Shown: positions 36,653 to 51,178, numbered from the whole stretch's first letter. The stretch is 63,252 nt of DNA, filler included, from Octopus bimaculoides (GCF_001194135.2; 4 parts of 3 records of this genome joined end to end with filler, not necessarily neighbours in it), one strand, 5' to 3'. Notes: generated from the letters alone by a model not told the origin. Translations and numbers: made by a program.

Positions 36653-36872
36653 CTAAATTATTCGTTATAATTTATTGCTATTATTATTAGACTTGTGAGT
36701 CGGAGAGAAGGAATTGGAGAGGGCACTTGCTTCTGGGGTTTCAGGGAAATCTCGGACAGTAAAGGATATAACATACTGCAAATAGACAATCATTATCCTA
36801 TGCAAACATGAACTTTATATTACGGGCGTTCTCATACAAACTTTATAAGTCTGAGCATATTTATACACTAGA

Positions 36873-36905
<33 letters not shown>

Positions 36906-37054
36906 GCTATACATGCACATACACATAAATAAACAGTTAAACATACACAAACACATACACAGGTATACATACATGTAATTGCATATACACAGTACACAAT
37001 ATATATGAAATAGGACACATACCTTTCAAAGTACCTTCTCTAAAAAAAAATGTG

Positions 37055-37093
<39 letters not shown>

Positions 37094-37960
37094 TCATATG
37101 TCACCACACTCCTGCTTTGACATAAATTTACATATGAATACATATCTAAAGATGAACATAGATTATTTATATATATATGTATATAGATATATACATTTAT
37201 GCACAGCCATTCAAACACACAGTCATACATACATACATACATATATATATATTTACACACAGTCATACATATATGTACATGTATACTTATATGTACATGT
37301 ATACTTACACATATATATGTATGTATACATACGCACAGGCATACACTTGCACATACACATTTAGACGAAGTCTAGCAGAGGCAAATATATCAACTGTCAT
37401 GTGAACATATTCAATAAAATGTAAAGCAATACATCATCATCATCATTTCAATGTCCAGTTGCAAAAGTACACATTACATTAAAAAGTAAATATTTATGGC
37501 TATAAAAATAGTATGGATTCTTTTATTCTTATACTTGTTTCAGTCATTTGACTGCGGCCATGCTGGAGCACCGTCTTTAGTCGAACAAGTCGACTCCAGG
37601 ACTTATTCTTTGTAAGCTTAGTACTTATTCTCTTTTGCTGAACCGCTAAGTTACGGGGATGTAAACACACCAACATTGGTTGTCAAGCTCAAGCAATGGT
37701 GGGTGGTTGGGACAAACACAGACAGACGAATACATACATGTACATATATATACTTAAAATAATATAGGGTAGCAAAATTTTAGAAATTTTTCTACCAGTG
37801 ATACCATGGTAAATGTTTTTATTTTTCATTCCCTGCGAAATTGTCCTTAACTGTGGTTTTGGACGTTTGACTGCTCCTTCTAGCATGTAAGGTGGCCTGT
37901 TGAGGATCACCTCTTTTTGTGTTTAAATGTACACTAATTTTTATACGTACATATATATAT

Positions 37961-38126
37961 AGGCGCAGGAGTGGCTGTGTGGTAAGTAGCTTGCTTACCG
38001 ACCACATGGTTCTGGGTACAGTCCCACTGCGTGGCACCTTGGGCAAGTGTCTTCTACTACAGCCTCGGGCCGACCAAAGCCTTGTGAGTGGATTTGGTAC
38101 ACGGAAAATGAAAGAAGCCCATCATA

Positions 38127-38173
<47 letters not shown>

Positions 38174-38390
38174 GTATATGTTTGTGTGTCTGTGTTTGTC
38201 CCTGCCAACATCGCTTGACAACCGATGCTGGTGTGTTTATGTCCCTGTCACTTAGCGGTTCGGCAAAAAAGACCGATAGAATAAGTACTAGGCTTCCAAA
38301 CAATAAGTCCTGGGGTAGATTTACTCGAATAGAGGCGGTGTTCCAGCATGGCCACAGTCAAATAACTGAAACAAGTAAAAGGGTAAAGAG
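37961..38390 (+). mobile_element. SINE family B full copy
   Basis: Head aggcgcaggagtggctgtgtggtaag through tail caagtaaaagggtaaagag. Confidence 0.9.
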
Positions 38391-40299
38391 TATACATACA
38401 TACATACATATAAACACACACACACACATAAAATGAAGTAGATGTATAGCTGTTAGGTGACTATTTTTATAAGCAATCTTGTGTTAAAATACACACATAC
38501 CTTGCTGGAAATTAGCTAAATTATCAACTCTAATTGGAAAGCTGAATTAATTGTAAAGTTTTACGATGAGAGAGTAGCAGAGATAACATGAATACAATGT
38601 ACACCAACACACACAATCTCAACGCATAAACTGTCTGAATGCATGAACAAGTGCACATTATCAAAACCCATTGCAGTCATGAAACATTAAAAGCCATCAT
38701 TATGGATATAGGAAATAGAAGGAAATGGCTTGATTTATAAATTTTCTTCTGTTTTAACAAAATAATTTTATATTAAAAGATGGTGGACTGGTAGACTCGT
38801 TAGCGTGTTGGACAAGGCAACTTGTGGTATTTGTTCTAAATTTCTATATTCTGAGTTCAGATCCAGCTGAATTTAGTTTTGTCTTTCATCCCTTGAAGGT
38901 TGGTAAAATAAAGTACCAGTTCTGTACTGGGGTCAATGTAATCGACTCACTGCTTCCCCTTAATTTCTAACCTCGTTAAGTGTTAAAGACATTTATGTGA
39001 ATTTTTTTTTTTATGGAAATATGCACTACAGACTGAAATTATTCTTTTCTACTCTAGGCACAAGGCCTGAAATTTTTGGGGAGGGGGGGGCCAGTCGATT
39101 AGATCGATCCCAGTACACAACTGGTACTTAATTTATCGACCCCCAAAAGGATGAATGGCAAAGTCGACCTCGGCAGTATTTGAACTCAGAACATAAAGAC
39201 AGACGAAACACCGCATCACATTTCACCTGGGGTGCTAACGATAATGCCAGCTCACTGCCACAGTTTGAAATTATTGAAGAGATAGGATTTAAGTAAGATA
39301 TAATTACTTGGTTACCCTGCCAGTGTTGGTGCCACGTTAAAAGCATCCAGTCCACATTGTAACATGGTTGGCATCTGGAAGGACATCCAGCTGTAAAAAT
39401 CTTACCCAAACTAATTTTGTCTGTGCTAGTGCCATGTAAAAAATACTGAGTCCACTCTGCAGTGGTTGGTGTTAGGAATGGCATCCAGCTGTAAAAATCC
39501 TGCCAAAACAGACACAGTAGCCTTGGGTAGATTTTCTACCTCACCGGTTCCTGTCTACCATCCTACCCATGCATGCATGGAAGATGGATGTTAAACAAAG
39601 ATGATGGTGATGATGGTGATGATCTTTTACTTTTTATTCCTTGTTTCAATCATTGGAGAATGGCCATGCTTGAAGGATTTTAGCTCAATAAATTGACCCA
39701 CATACTTATTTTCCTTTGTAAATCTTGTACTTAATCTATCAGTCTGTTTTACCAAACAACTAAGTAATGAGGAGATAAACAAACCAACATCAACTGTCAA
39801 ATGGCATGGGGACAAACACACACACACACACACACACGTCATGTTTACAGATGTGGATTTGTGTCCTACAGGCAGCCCTCAACCTTTTCTATCCAAAGGG
39901 TTTTCTAACTCAATATTCACACGCTTTTATTTATAGCTTTATCTGCTTCAAGATACACTGTTCTAAAAAAGAGTCATATACTATACACAGTTTCCATATT
40001 CCAAATTCACTGACAGGGCATTAGTCAACCTGGGGCTATAATAGAAGACTCTTGCTCAAGGGGCTGCACAGTGGGGTTGAAACCAAAACCACATCATTAC
40101 AAAGCAAGCTTTGTAACTACACAGTTATACCTTTGCCTATAATGTCAATTACGAGATAAATTCTGATCTTCTTTAATTGAAAGATGATCTTTCAGTCTAT
40201 TGTACTTTACAGCTCACAGCTGATAATGCCTGTTTCTTAGAAACTATAAACAACACTCTTCAACCTTGACATATGTGTCAAGTAAATGCTGGAGAGAAA

Positions 40300-40850
40300 A
40301 ACTTTCCTGACTTGTGAACAACACAGAATCTACCTCTACATGCATGAGGATAATAATAGAACTCCCATAAAGTTGGTTTATTATTGCACTATCAAGAAAT
40401 ACAAGTGGGTAGGTAACACACTGATTCAAGATAAGATATGACATCTTGCTCAGAATCAAGAGTAAGATTATATGATGTTTGTATGAGAAGATCAATGCTG
40501 CTTGGTAGTAAATTTCGAGGAGATTTGGGAAGAACAGAGAGGAGTAAAGTGAACATGTTTCACTGGGAGCATATTGTTAGTGTGCTTGAGTTATAAGGCA
40601 AGAATGGGATGAAAGAAAAACTGGATATATAGAGGAATATATGCAACAGAAAAGACTGAGCTGCTACAGATGAAATTGATATGATGAATTGCTAAGAGTT
40701 CAGAATTAATGAAATTGTGGGAGGGAAAGAGAGGAAGAGCGGGGGAGAAGTAGTGAAGACTGATTTCAAGATATTGTCTCTTATAAAGAAAATTAAGGGC
40801 TATGGCAATTGGCTGCTTGCAGTGCTGCAGATGACCCAACCAACCTTAAA
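40300..40850 (+). mobile_element. highly degenerate non-LTR (RTE-like) 3' end
   Basis: Purine-rich remnant reading ...EVVKTDFKILSL..K..GNWLLAV, reminiscent of RTE C-termini; many stops. Confidence 0.35.
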
Positions 40851-40909
40851 AGTATGGCAAAATGTATGTTATACATGGGTAATGAAGGAGGCCAAGATAT
40901 AATGATATA

Positions 40910-41659
40910 CAGGGTGGCCCAAAAGTAGGTTTACAGTTAAATTTCTTTTAAAATATTTCATTACATTTAAATTTCTATCTTACAGTTATATTGCTTATGC
41001 ACATCTTAAACAGACAATGTTTAATCTCTCAGATGTGCAAAATGTCCTCCTTCAACATTGCAACATTCTTTAAGCCTCTTCAGAACACTCTGACACACAA
41101 TGCGGCACAAATTCTGATCTCCATCAATTTCAGTGAATGCATCATCATCATCATCATCGTTTAACGTCCGCTTTCCATGCTAGCATGGGTTGGACGATTT
41201 GATTGAGGACTGGCGAGCCAGATGGCTGCACCAGGCTCCAATCTGATCTGGCAGAGTTTCTACAGCTGGATGCCCTTCCTAACGCCAAACACTCCGAGAG
41301 TGTAGTAGGTGCTTTTACGTGTCACCGGCACGAGGGCCAGTCACACGGTACTGGCAACGGCCCATTTACTGTTTTGAGATTCTTTTCATAAACGTTGTTC
41401 TTTACATCTTCCAAAAAAGAAATCCATTGGTGTCAGGTCTCGTGAACGTGGTAGTCATTTGATGCTGCCCTGTATTCCAAACCAATGCTGTGGAAAGGCT
41501 TGGTTAAGGTAGTCTTTTACTGTCACCGCATAATGTGGAGGTGCTCCATCTTGCTGAATAATGGTTTCATATTTTTTCTATAATTAAGATCTAAACTATT
41601 AATATATGAATGCGAAAGAGATAGTTGAATAACTGTAAACCTACTTTTGGGCCACCCTA
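40910..41659 (-). mobile_element. internally deleted Tc1/mariner element with nested family C repeat
   Basis: About 29-bp TIRs CAGGGTGGCCCAAAAGTAGGTTTACAGTT with TA flanks; minus-strand QQDGAPPHY...PRSRDLTPMDFFFW catalytic-domain remnant. Confidence 0.9.
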
Positions 41660-43242
41660 TATATCTGCATCTGGGAGTTGTTTCCCTTTTGTACTAAATA
41701 AGTCTCCACCTTCTGCCTCCTTGCTTATGCATGGCAGTCCAAGTCAGTTCTTATTCAGAGTTACTACTCTCCAAGATGGAGCAGCAGTACACACTATGCT
41801 CTCATGTCTTAGTTTTTGTCATGGTTTCTAAGTCAGGATGTACTACCCAATACCAACCAGTTTATGGAGTGTATTGAATACGTTTGATCATGGCACGAGC
41901 ACAAGAGAGGTTGTTATGCTACATAAGACTAAAGAGTTCTCTCAACTTTATATTATCTCTGCTGAATTAGCCAAACATATTAAACAGTGTTTCCAAGTAA
42001 GGCACTATTTCCTCATGGTTGGATGTGTTCACAAAAGCTTGGAAATGAATAACACCATTTATGTGAAATTGTCATTCATTTAGAACTCTCACAGGATGTC
42101 AAAACAAACACCCACAGAGAGTCTTGGAAACAGCTTGCTAGTCTAGTGCAAGCAGACAGTTGAAAACTCCGCATACTGAATACCAGTAGGTTTCAGGGGT
42201 CATCAGGAGAGAATATGTATCGTTTTGGAGCCTTCCTCTCAACAGCTTTACAGCACATCCCACCCCACTGATATGAGATCCCAACCACTGTTTCATCTGA
42301 CAAGTATTTGACCTCAAGTCCACTTTAGGATCTTTTCCTCCACAGCCAAGTTTCATCATTCCTTTACAACCATATTCAACAGCTGGACCTGAGCTTCTTT
42401 CTGTTTGCATCTACCAAATCCAGTCACAAAGATTTAGTCAGCCCAGTGCTACAGTAGAAGACATTTTGGTCAAGGTGCCATGTAGGGATGGGGATCTGAA
42501 CCAGAAATCATATGGTTACGAAGTCAGCTTCTTAACTATACAACTATACATGCATCGAGAGCCTATAACTTCTGGGTTGCAAAATATAGAATTGTGACAA
42601 CTGTGCTGGTGACACGTAATAAACACCACCTAACTGGCTCCCCATGCCAGTGGCACATAAAAAGCACCATCTGAACATGGTCGATGCCAGTGCCCCACTG
42701 AGTAGCTCCCATGCTGGTGGCATGTAAAAAAACATCATTTGAGCATGGTTGATGCCAGTACTGCCTGACTGGCCCTCATACCGGTGGCACATAAAAAACA
42801 CCCGCTAGACTCTCAGAGTGGTTGGCATTAGGAAGTGCATCCAGTTGTAGAAACCTTGCAGCGAGCCGGCAGAAATGTTAGCACGCTGGGTGAAATGCAT
42901 AGCGGTGTTTCATCTGCCATTACGTTCTGAGTTCAAATTCCGCTGAGGCTGACTTTGCCTTTCATCCTTTAGGGGTCAATAAATTAAGTGCCAGTTACGC
43001 ACTGGGGTCGATGTGATCGACTTAATCCCTTTGTCTGTCCTTGTTGGCAATAAAGGAATAAGAAACCTTGCTAGATCAGATTGGAGCCTGATGCAGCCTA
43101 CTGGCTTGCCAGTCTTCAGACAAACCGTCAAAACCCATGCCAGTATGGAAAATGGACGTTAAATGATAGTGCTGATGATGATCCTGCTTAGATATTGAAC
43201 TCAAAAGAACAGATTGAGAGAAAAAGAGGAGGATAGAATGCA

Positions 43243-43273
<31 letters not shown>

Positions 43274-44189
43274 GAGCAGACTTCTTAACCACACAGCCAT
43301 GCCTGTATGCCTTCATATGAATTAAAAGTGGATTTCAGATGGCGATGTGATTAAATAAACAATGTAGCTAACACTGACAGCAACAGAATAAATAAGGATG
43401 AATTTGATGTGAACCTCCTTGTATTGCATCATAGAATGCCACAAGGGAAAATTTTCTCTAGATATGTGATCAGAATTTTAATGTATGTTTGCAATACCAA
43501 CTATTATAGTTATCAATATTTGAAGCAGTCCTGTTTCTATGTACATACGAATATGAATATATTTCTTCTAGTATTTCAGTTTTTGCATAACTAATGTCAT
43601 TCATCATAAGTCCACCTCATAGCGTAAGCCCCCCAACCCCACTCCACCACAATTGTATGGTTAAATAAGAGCTGGTTTGCAAAGCGAGAGAAATATTTTA
43701 ATAAAAAGAAAAAGAAAACCTCAGTCTGTTTACAAACCACAAAAAAAAAAAAAAAAAAAACAGTTAGACTTTCAAGATCCAACAATATAATCAATGAACG
43801 AAGCAAATGAAAACTCTAAAATAGTATTAGCTGTATGTTTTCTAGTTGGATGTATTGAATCAGGTGAGGAGACTTGCAGTAGTGGTGGGGCACAATGGGG
43901 AATTATAATTATGTGCAACTGAATTAACAATTTTGTTACCAACCTGGCTGAAACCAGGTCTGGCACTGTAATACAAATGTCTTGTTTTCAAAAGTTTTGA
44001 ATTAAAATCTTCCACCAAGCCTTAGTCACAATTTATGTTCCTAACACTAGCTTAATGATAACCAAGTTATTTTACTAAATTCTTTGTTATATTTAAAGTA
44101 ATTGAAAGAAACACAGAGCATCTCAAAATAAATACAGTAACGAAGGTGTTAAATGGTTTTCTAATTATCAGTTTGTTGAGGAGGTATCA

Positions 44190-44630
44190 TCATCATCATC
44201 ATCATCATCATTTAATGTTCGCTTTCCATGCTAGCATGGGTTGGACGATTTGACTGAGGACTGGTGAACCAGATGGCTGCACCAGCCTCCAATCTGATCT
44301 GGCAGAGTTTCTACGGCTGGATGCCCTTCCTAATGCCAACCAGTGTAGTGGATGCTTTTACGTGCCACCAGCACAAGTCAGTCAGGCGGTACTGGCAATG
44401 GCCATGATCAAATGGTGTATTTTACGTGCCACCTGCACAGGAGCCAGTCCAGCGGCACTGGCAACGACCTCGCTCGAATGTTTTTTTCGCATGCCACCAG
44501 CACAAGTGCCAGTAAGGTGATGCTGGTAACGATCACGCTCAAATGGTCTCTTTACGTACCAAGGTATGGAAGCCAGACAGCTGCTCTGGCAATGATCATG
44601 CTCAGATGGTGCTCTTAGCGCTACACTGGC
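44190..44630 (+). mobile_element. repeat family C copy with about 4 internal tandem units
   Basis: Repeated ttttacgtgccacc...cac..agccagt...ctggcaa units. Confidence 0.75.
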
Positions 44631-46306
44631 ACATAATCCTAAACTAAAAGCTGTTTCTAAATAGATTAGTTTTCTCTTCAGAGACTAGAATTGTCATCTT
44701 ATATTAAAGACAATATAGCATGGCTTCCAAATGGCTGATTTTGTCAATGATAGAAAGAATGCAAGAGTAGAGTCGAATGGGATAAATAAAACTGCCGGCT
44801 GGAGACTAAATGACCAATGTGCATATTCTCATGATGTCTGCACTCTTAAGCTGATAATGAACCTAATCATTATTGAATATTTAACCCTTTAACATTTAAA
44901 CAGGGTCTAGCCAACCCAAATATTCTATCTGTTTTAGGTTCAAACTGGTCAGGTCTGGCTTCTAGAATCCACCCAACAATGTCATTCTAAAAATAAACAA
45001 TCATTTCATAAAAACCTCAAAGCTTTGAGATAACGCATGATTAATTCAAAACAAAATGAATAAATAAGCATTATACTTGACAGAATATCTCAATGCTAAA
45101 GATGTGAGCAACTAAGCAACAATAAAGGTTTTATTTATATTATTTACATTTGACAGATATTTGGCCTCATCTTGTTTGTTGTTAACACAATGTTTCAGCT
45201 GATATACTCTCCAGCCTTCACCAGGTGTCCTGGGAGGTTTACGAACCTGGGTTCTCATTCCTAAGGTATTTATACAGCACCAGCAGTGGCACCGTTGCCG
45301 CCGCCACTGCCACCACCACCACCACCAGTGAGTACTGGGGTTGATGTAATCAACTAGTCCCCTCCCACCCAATTTGAGGCCTTGTGCTTCCAGTGGAAAG
45401 GTTTGTCTTGGAAGCATTAATTGGCAGAGTTGTTAATATGTTGGAGAAAATGCTCTGTGGCATTTCTTCCAGATCCTTACATCCTGAGTTCAAATACTGC
45501 TGAGATCAGCTTTGCCTTTTATCCTTTAAGAGTAGATAACATAAAATACCAGTCAAGTACTGGGGTGAGGAATCGATGCAAAATTGCTGGCCTTGTGCCA
45601 AAATCTGAACCCATTATCTTGCAGTATTGTATTCAAAATGTTCCTATTGATCAGAAGGCAGTACAAAACCACTCAAGTGTCTTCTCTCTTTCATCAGCCA
45701 TTGTTGTAAAGTAATAAATCTTTTACTGTTGAATTTCTCGTGAGCAAATGACGCATGTAATGTAATAAGACTTATTTTCACAATGATACACGCTCAACCA
45801 GACATACATTGAAAATATTCTTTCACTTGTTTCGGTCATTTGACTGCGGCCATGCTGGGGTACCACCCTTAGTCGAACAAATCGATCCCATGACTTATTC
45901 TTCGTAAGCCTAATACTTATTCCATCAGTCTCTTTTGCTGAACTGCTAAGTTATAGGGATATAAACACAGCAACACTAGTTGTCAAGTGATGGTAGGGGT
46001 ACAGACACACACACACACACACACATATATATGACAGGCTTTCAGTTTCCGTCTACGAAACTCACTCACAAGGCTTTGGTCAGTCTGAGACTATAGTAGA
46101 AGACACTTGCCCAAGGTGCCATGCAGTGGGACTGAACCCAGAAGCATATAGTTGGGAAGCAAACGTCTTACCACACACCCACACCTATGAATAAAACAAA
46201 ACAATTTACTTTGAACAATTGAAACATTAAGAAAATATAGTTATTCCATTTATAAAGGACCAAAGAGAATTTAATGATGGAAATAAAATTTCAAAAGAAT
46301 ATGTTT

Positions 46307-46500
46307 ACAGGGTGCGTCAGAACTTCCTTTATTTTACATGATTTTTGGTGTGGTGCTTGTAAAGTTAGGCAAGTAATAATGGTGATTTCATGGAGCTAAT
46401 GTTCTACCATTTCTTTTTACAGATATTGTCATGGTTAAGCAGTTAAGTGTAGAATGAGCATCTAGCTGTGAAAACAATTTGTCGAACCAGTAAACCACCC
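46307..46500 (+). mobile_element. possible Tc1-like 5' end remnant
   Basis: TA-CAGGGTGCGTCAGAA start resembling a Tc1/mariner TIR; short degenerate MVKQLSVE frame. Confidence 0.35.
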
Positions 46501-46896
46501 CAGCCATACAAACATAGATTAGATAAACAATGTAAGTAAAACAGTAATTAAGTCGATGAAAAGATTTTTAAAAAGGCAGAGAAAAAAAAAGAAATATACA
46601 AGCTCCATAATATATATAACTTAGAAACGGGGGTGGGGTCTGTAAAGATGTAGGGCATAGATGTTACTATCATTACACTACTACTACTACATATAGTTAA
46701 AGTAAGATGTGTAAATGTATGGGTACGTGTGCATACAATGAATTAATACGTATACATACATATATATAAATACACACACACACACATACACACAAGTGTA
46801 TGCATGTGAATATGTGACTAATATAGAAATTTGTATGTATATGAGAATGTATAGTTGTACATAGACTTAAAACTAAATGTGTATTGTGTATGTATT

Positions 46897-47265
46897 TGTT
46901 GCACCCGTAACGTAGTGTACAGATGCATTATTAGTACAATAACCGAGAATTATATTTACATAGGATGTAGTATTAATGTGAAACAGAGAATATATAACCA
47001 CAGGTCCTCTTTTAGACTTAGACACAAGGCAAATAGTACGACATTGGCAAGTAAAATTTGGGAGTTAAAAGATAATGGTATTAATTTTAGCCTTAAATGG
47101 GAAATTATAAGAAGAGCTCAACCTTATAGAAATAATAGATATGGATGTGAATTATGTTCTATGGAAATATATGAAATTTTTAAACTTAGAAATAATCCTA
47201 ATCTAATCAATAATAGATTAGACCTTAGGGTATCGTGTGTACACTGCTCTACTCGCACTTTTAAA
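46897..47265 (+). mobile_element. Penelope-like element, GIY-YIG endonuclease domain; 5'-truncated, stop-free, running into a contig end
   Basis: NVVYRC...YIYIGCS...KQRIYNHRSSF...STTLASKIWELKD...KWEII...CELCSME...NLIN.R..L...CVH matches the PLE GIY-YIG with C/H motifs. Confidence 0.9.
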
Positions 47266-47309
47266 NNNNNNNNNNNNNNNNNNNNNNNNNNNNNNNNNNN
47301 NNNNNNNNN

Positions 47310-47321
47310 TTAATTAATTAA
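47310..47321. other. assembly linker TTAATTAATTAA
   Basis: Same 12-mer within an N run. Confidence 0.95.
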
Positions 47322-47639
47322 NNNNNNNNNNNNNNNNNNNNNNNNNNNNNNNNNNNNNNNNNNNNCAATCTTGTAAATAATAATAATAATGGTATTTTTA
47401 TATAAGCTTAAAGCTTATGGCGATCACCGTGCAGTGACTAAGGAAAATAGTCTAATAACGGGACAGAAAGAAAAGGCTTCCCTGAAGGAACAACCAGCAG
47501 GTGTATTAAGTTCGATGCTCGGGAAGAATAGAAAAGTCTTTGGCGTTTCGTGCTTACGCACGAAAGAGTTGAGAGGGAAAAAATTGGAGAACAAAAAAAA
47601 AAGTGGAAACAGAAAAAAATGCGTATGGATTAACGGTTC

Positions 47640-47673
<34 letters not shown>

Positions 47674-48110
47674 ATCGATCAGAGTATCAAATGTGATTAT
47701 ACATCGTTAGTCACAATGCGCTTTGGATCGCTTTTTGCTTTCGAATGATGCTACACCCTTATTTTTTTTATGACTGCATCTATTTTCTTTTTTATTAATG
47801 TATATATTTTAAACTTTAATGGTGCTTTGTATTCCTCCTTTTTAATGTTTTCATTATGTTTTAAATATAAATTTCTTTGTACGTCCTTCCCCGAAGACAT
47901 TCTCACTTGTAGTAGATGAATTGAAACAATTGTAGGTCTGATCTTGTCAATGCATTAATAAACTTCTATTAATCTTATCTCCATCTTCTCTCTTGGCTTT
48001 TATAATATTAATAATATATATGTATGTGCTTAAATTGTCAGGTATTCTACCAGTCTAATCTTGGATATTTTTATCCCTCCGAGGTTTATATCCTTACATG
48101 TACTTTGATA

Positions 48111-48191
<81 letters not shown>

Positions 48192-48511
48192 TTCGAAACG
48201 CCGGTGTTGAAACGGGGGTAGCTGATGAAGTAGAATGTTCTCTATGTGGCTTGTGTGTTTTCTCGTCTACGTTTTATTTGCAATGTCCTGTACCCAGATA
48301 TGCACCTATACATACAGGTGGATGTCGGTACGCACATACCTGTACGTATATATGCATATACTCATTTACTATTTGTTTTTATATATATATATAGGTATAT
48401 CCGTGCAAACATATACAAGGTGTTCGGACTAAATTTGACGGCTTTTCTTTTTTTTCATGTTACCTTTTCTATTTCAGGAACTGCTTGATGTATTGGGAAA
48501 CAGTCAAAGGC

Positions 48512-48918
48512 TTTACTCTTTTACTTGTTTCAGTCATTTGACTGCGGCCATGCTGGAGCACCGCCTTTAGTCGAGCAAATCGACCCCAAGACTTATTCTT
48601 TGTAAGCCTAGTACTTATTCTATCGGTCTCTTTTGCCGAACTGCTAAGTTACAGGGACCTAAACATACCAGCATCGGTTGTCAAGCGATGTTGTGTGTGG
48701 GGGGGAACAAACAGACACAAACATATACACACACACGTACATATATATATATACATATATACGATGGGCTTCTTTCAGTTTCCGTCTACCAAATCCACTC
48801 ACAAGGCTTTGGTGGGCCCGAGGCTGTAGTAGAAGACACTTGCCCAAGGTGCCACGCAGTGGGACTGAACCCGGAACCATGTGGTTGGTAAGCAAGCTAC
48901 TTATCACATAGCCACTCC
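48512..48918 (-). mobile_element. SINE family B full copy
   Basis: Reverse-complement head and tail both present. Confidence 0.9.
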
Positions 48919-48939
48919 TAAAAAGTTTGCTGATTTAAA

Positions 48940-49700
48940 GAGTTAGAAGCCATCAGAATATTGGGAAACGAGTAACCTGTATCAAGATGATTAGCGACGG
49001 GTATCAAAATGGCGTCATCATCACTGTTGTACAATGTTGTGAACACCGTAAAGGCTGTAAGACGTGATATAGAAAAGAACACTAAGCAGTCGTAGCCAAC
49101 AGGGAAGGAAGGATGCACCAGACACTCTGACAGCGCCCTCACGCCGAAATAAATCTAACATTTGCGGGAAAAAGTGATGAAAGATCCGAGCAAGGAAATC
49201 CGGGCTTTGGGGAGCGAGATGTGTGTTGGAGTCGCTTACTATGAAGCTAACTCTGAATGAAGAGCTTCGCTACCCCTCGTACAAGAAAAAAATTGTGACA
49301 GCCAAGAATCACTTGACGAAAGCAAAGAAGCTTCGAACAAGCTGAGATATACTGTTCAGAAAGGGATAATCTGTTTCTTCTCAGCTTAAAAAAAAAAGAA
49401 CAAAAAAAAAACCTTTTGAAAGGATACAACATCCAGAACAACATGTAGCTTTTCCTACAATCCATGTAATGTCTCACGTATCATGAGACCCAAGTTCATC
49501 TAAACTGTGATGATCTTTCTGCGCTTCTCCAGTGACGGTGACGTAATGGTATCCCACACTTTTGAACAGGGCCTGAGGCTAAATTCAGGCGGCTATGTAA
49601 AGCTGCTGCAAACTGTGGTAAAACCCTAGTCGAAGAGGGTTGCTACTGCTGGAAGTCTTATATGGTTAGTAGCAGAATTCGGCTGTTTCATCAAGTTTGT
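48940..49700 (+). mobile_element. degenerate Tc1/mariner (maT/DD37D-like) transposase
   Basis: Fragments DPSKEIRAL, EELRYPSYK, SSDGDVM..HTFEQGLRLNSGGYVKLLQTVVKP, with stops and frameshifts. Confidence 0.8.
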
Positions 49701-49765
49701 CCGAGCTGAACGTTGGCAAAGTCAAGGAGACAACGAAGAGAAAAGTGAAATTCTACAATTCCCTC

Positions 49766-49826
49766 ATTATTTCTAATTATTATTATTTCTAATTATTATT
49801 ATTTCTAATTATTATTATTTCTAATT
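49766..49826. repeat. 16-bp tandem repeat (ATTATTATTATTTCTA) x about 3.5
   Basis: Direct inspection. Confidence 0.85.
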
Positions 49827-49873
49827 GAGATGTAACCGTAAAATAATGATTGCATCTAAGAACTAAACACGTA

Positions 49874-49911
<38 letters not shown>

Positions 49912-50883
49912 GAGCGTCATACTAATATATACTTTTGTTATTTACACCACCTGTCCTCGTCTGTTGTTAGTATTTGTATATTCTCCCATATATATATTTN
50001 NNNNNNNNNNNNNNNNNNNNNNNNNNNNNNNNNNNNNNNNNNNNNNNNNNNNNNNNNNNNNNNNNNNNNNNNNNNNNNNNNNNNNNNNNNNNNNNNNNNN
50101 NNNNNNNNNNNNNNNNNNNNNNNNNNNNNNNNNNNNNNNNNNNNNNNNNNNNNNNNNNNNNNNNNNNNNNNNNNNNNNNNNNNNNNNNNNNNNNNNNNNN
50201 NNNNNNNNNNNNNNNNNNNNNNNNNNNNNNNNNNNNNNNNNNNNNNNNNNNNNNNNNNNNACAAAAACATCTCTAAATGATTATTCTGGAGCATATTCAC
50301 CATCCACTTCAATTACTGCTTCCTATTTGCTTGGCAGACCGTCAATTAAAGATGTTTTTTGTTACATATTGCTATTGTTTTTGTTAAATAAAATTTGTTG
50401 AAAAAAAGCCGCAATAATTATGCACCAACCCAATATATATATAGAATTAATAAATTTTGATTTAAAGTACATATACTGTATAACACCCACCTGTGTCACT
50501 TTCCATTATGTTTTATCCTTATTCTGTAGTCGTTTATCATTTGTTTATATTACCGTCTCTTATGTCAGCTCACTTATTCCAGCAGTGTTTTGCAGTTGAC
50601 GCCACCAAACTGAACAATTTTAACGATAATGGTGCGAAATTGTGGTGATTTTTGGTTAATAACTTATGAGGGATGAAAATGTCCAAGTATTGTGCGTGTT
50701 TTTTCTTCGTGGGTTCCTTTGTTGTATTGCTGTGCAATTTTTTAACTACGTGCCCCATCTTGCCTCAAGCAACTGACTGAAATCAATAAAACAATATCGA
50801 TTCCTCCTCGTTTTTCAGTTTTCCTTTCATCGGTGAAGAAATGCCAGTGCAGTGGTCTTAATTTAGGTTGAATCCCGACTTAC

Positions 50884-51178
50884 CAGGAAGTGATCCTTAG
50901 ACTGTGGTCTCGAAGACATCTTCTGCGATACATGTGAAATGTGACACGCAAAATCAACTTGTAATGGACTGCCATCAACCCAGATATTTTTAAAACTATA
51001 CCTTTATAGCCAGTCCGCCTGGCATTGCCTTCGTCTGCCAGTTCATCTATTGACATCAAAGGTTTTCCATCCACTTGTTCCGCTATTGGGGACTTCGGGT
51101 AATTTTTTTGCGAGATATGCCCCTCTAGATCAGTGGGAACAGACTCGACTTTCGAAGGTTTTAGTTGAAACGGTTTTG
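50884..51178 (-). CDS. putative internal exon of an uncharacterised minus-strand gene (KPFQLKPSKV...LADEGNARRTGYKG...RDHSLRITS)
   Basis: cctccgttttgtag acceptor and CTG|gtaagt donor; 295 nt, open in one frame only (phase 1-2); no recognisable domain. Confidence 0.45.

Noticed and set aside
42178-42215. Minus-strand CTGATGA-CCCCT-GAAA-CC..GGTA
   Set aside because: Stem II and stem I cannot form
48190-48235. GAAAC...CTGATGA arrangement suggesting a type II HHR
   Set aside because: Stems do not pair consistently
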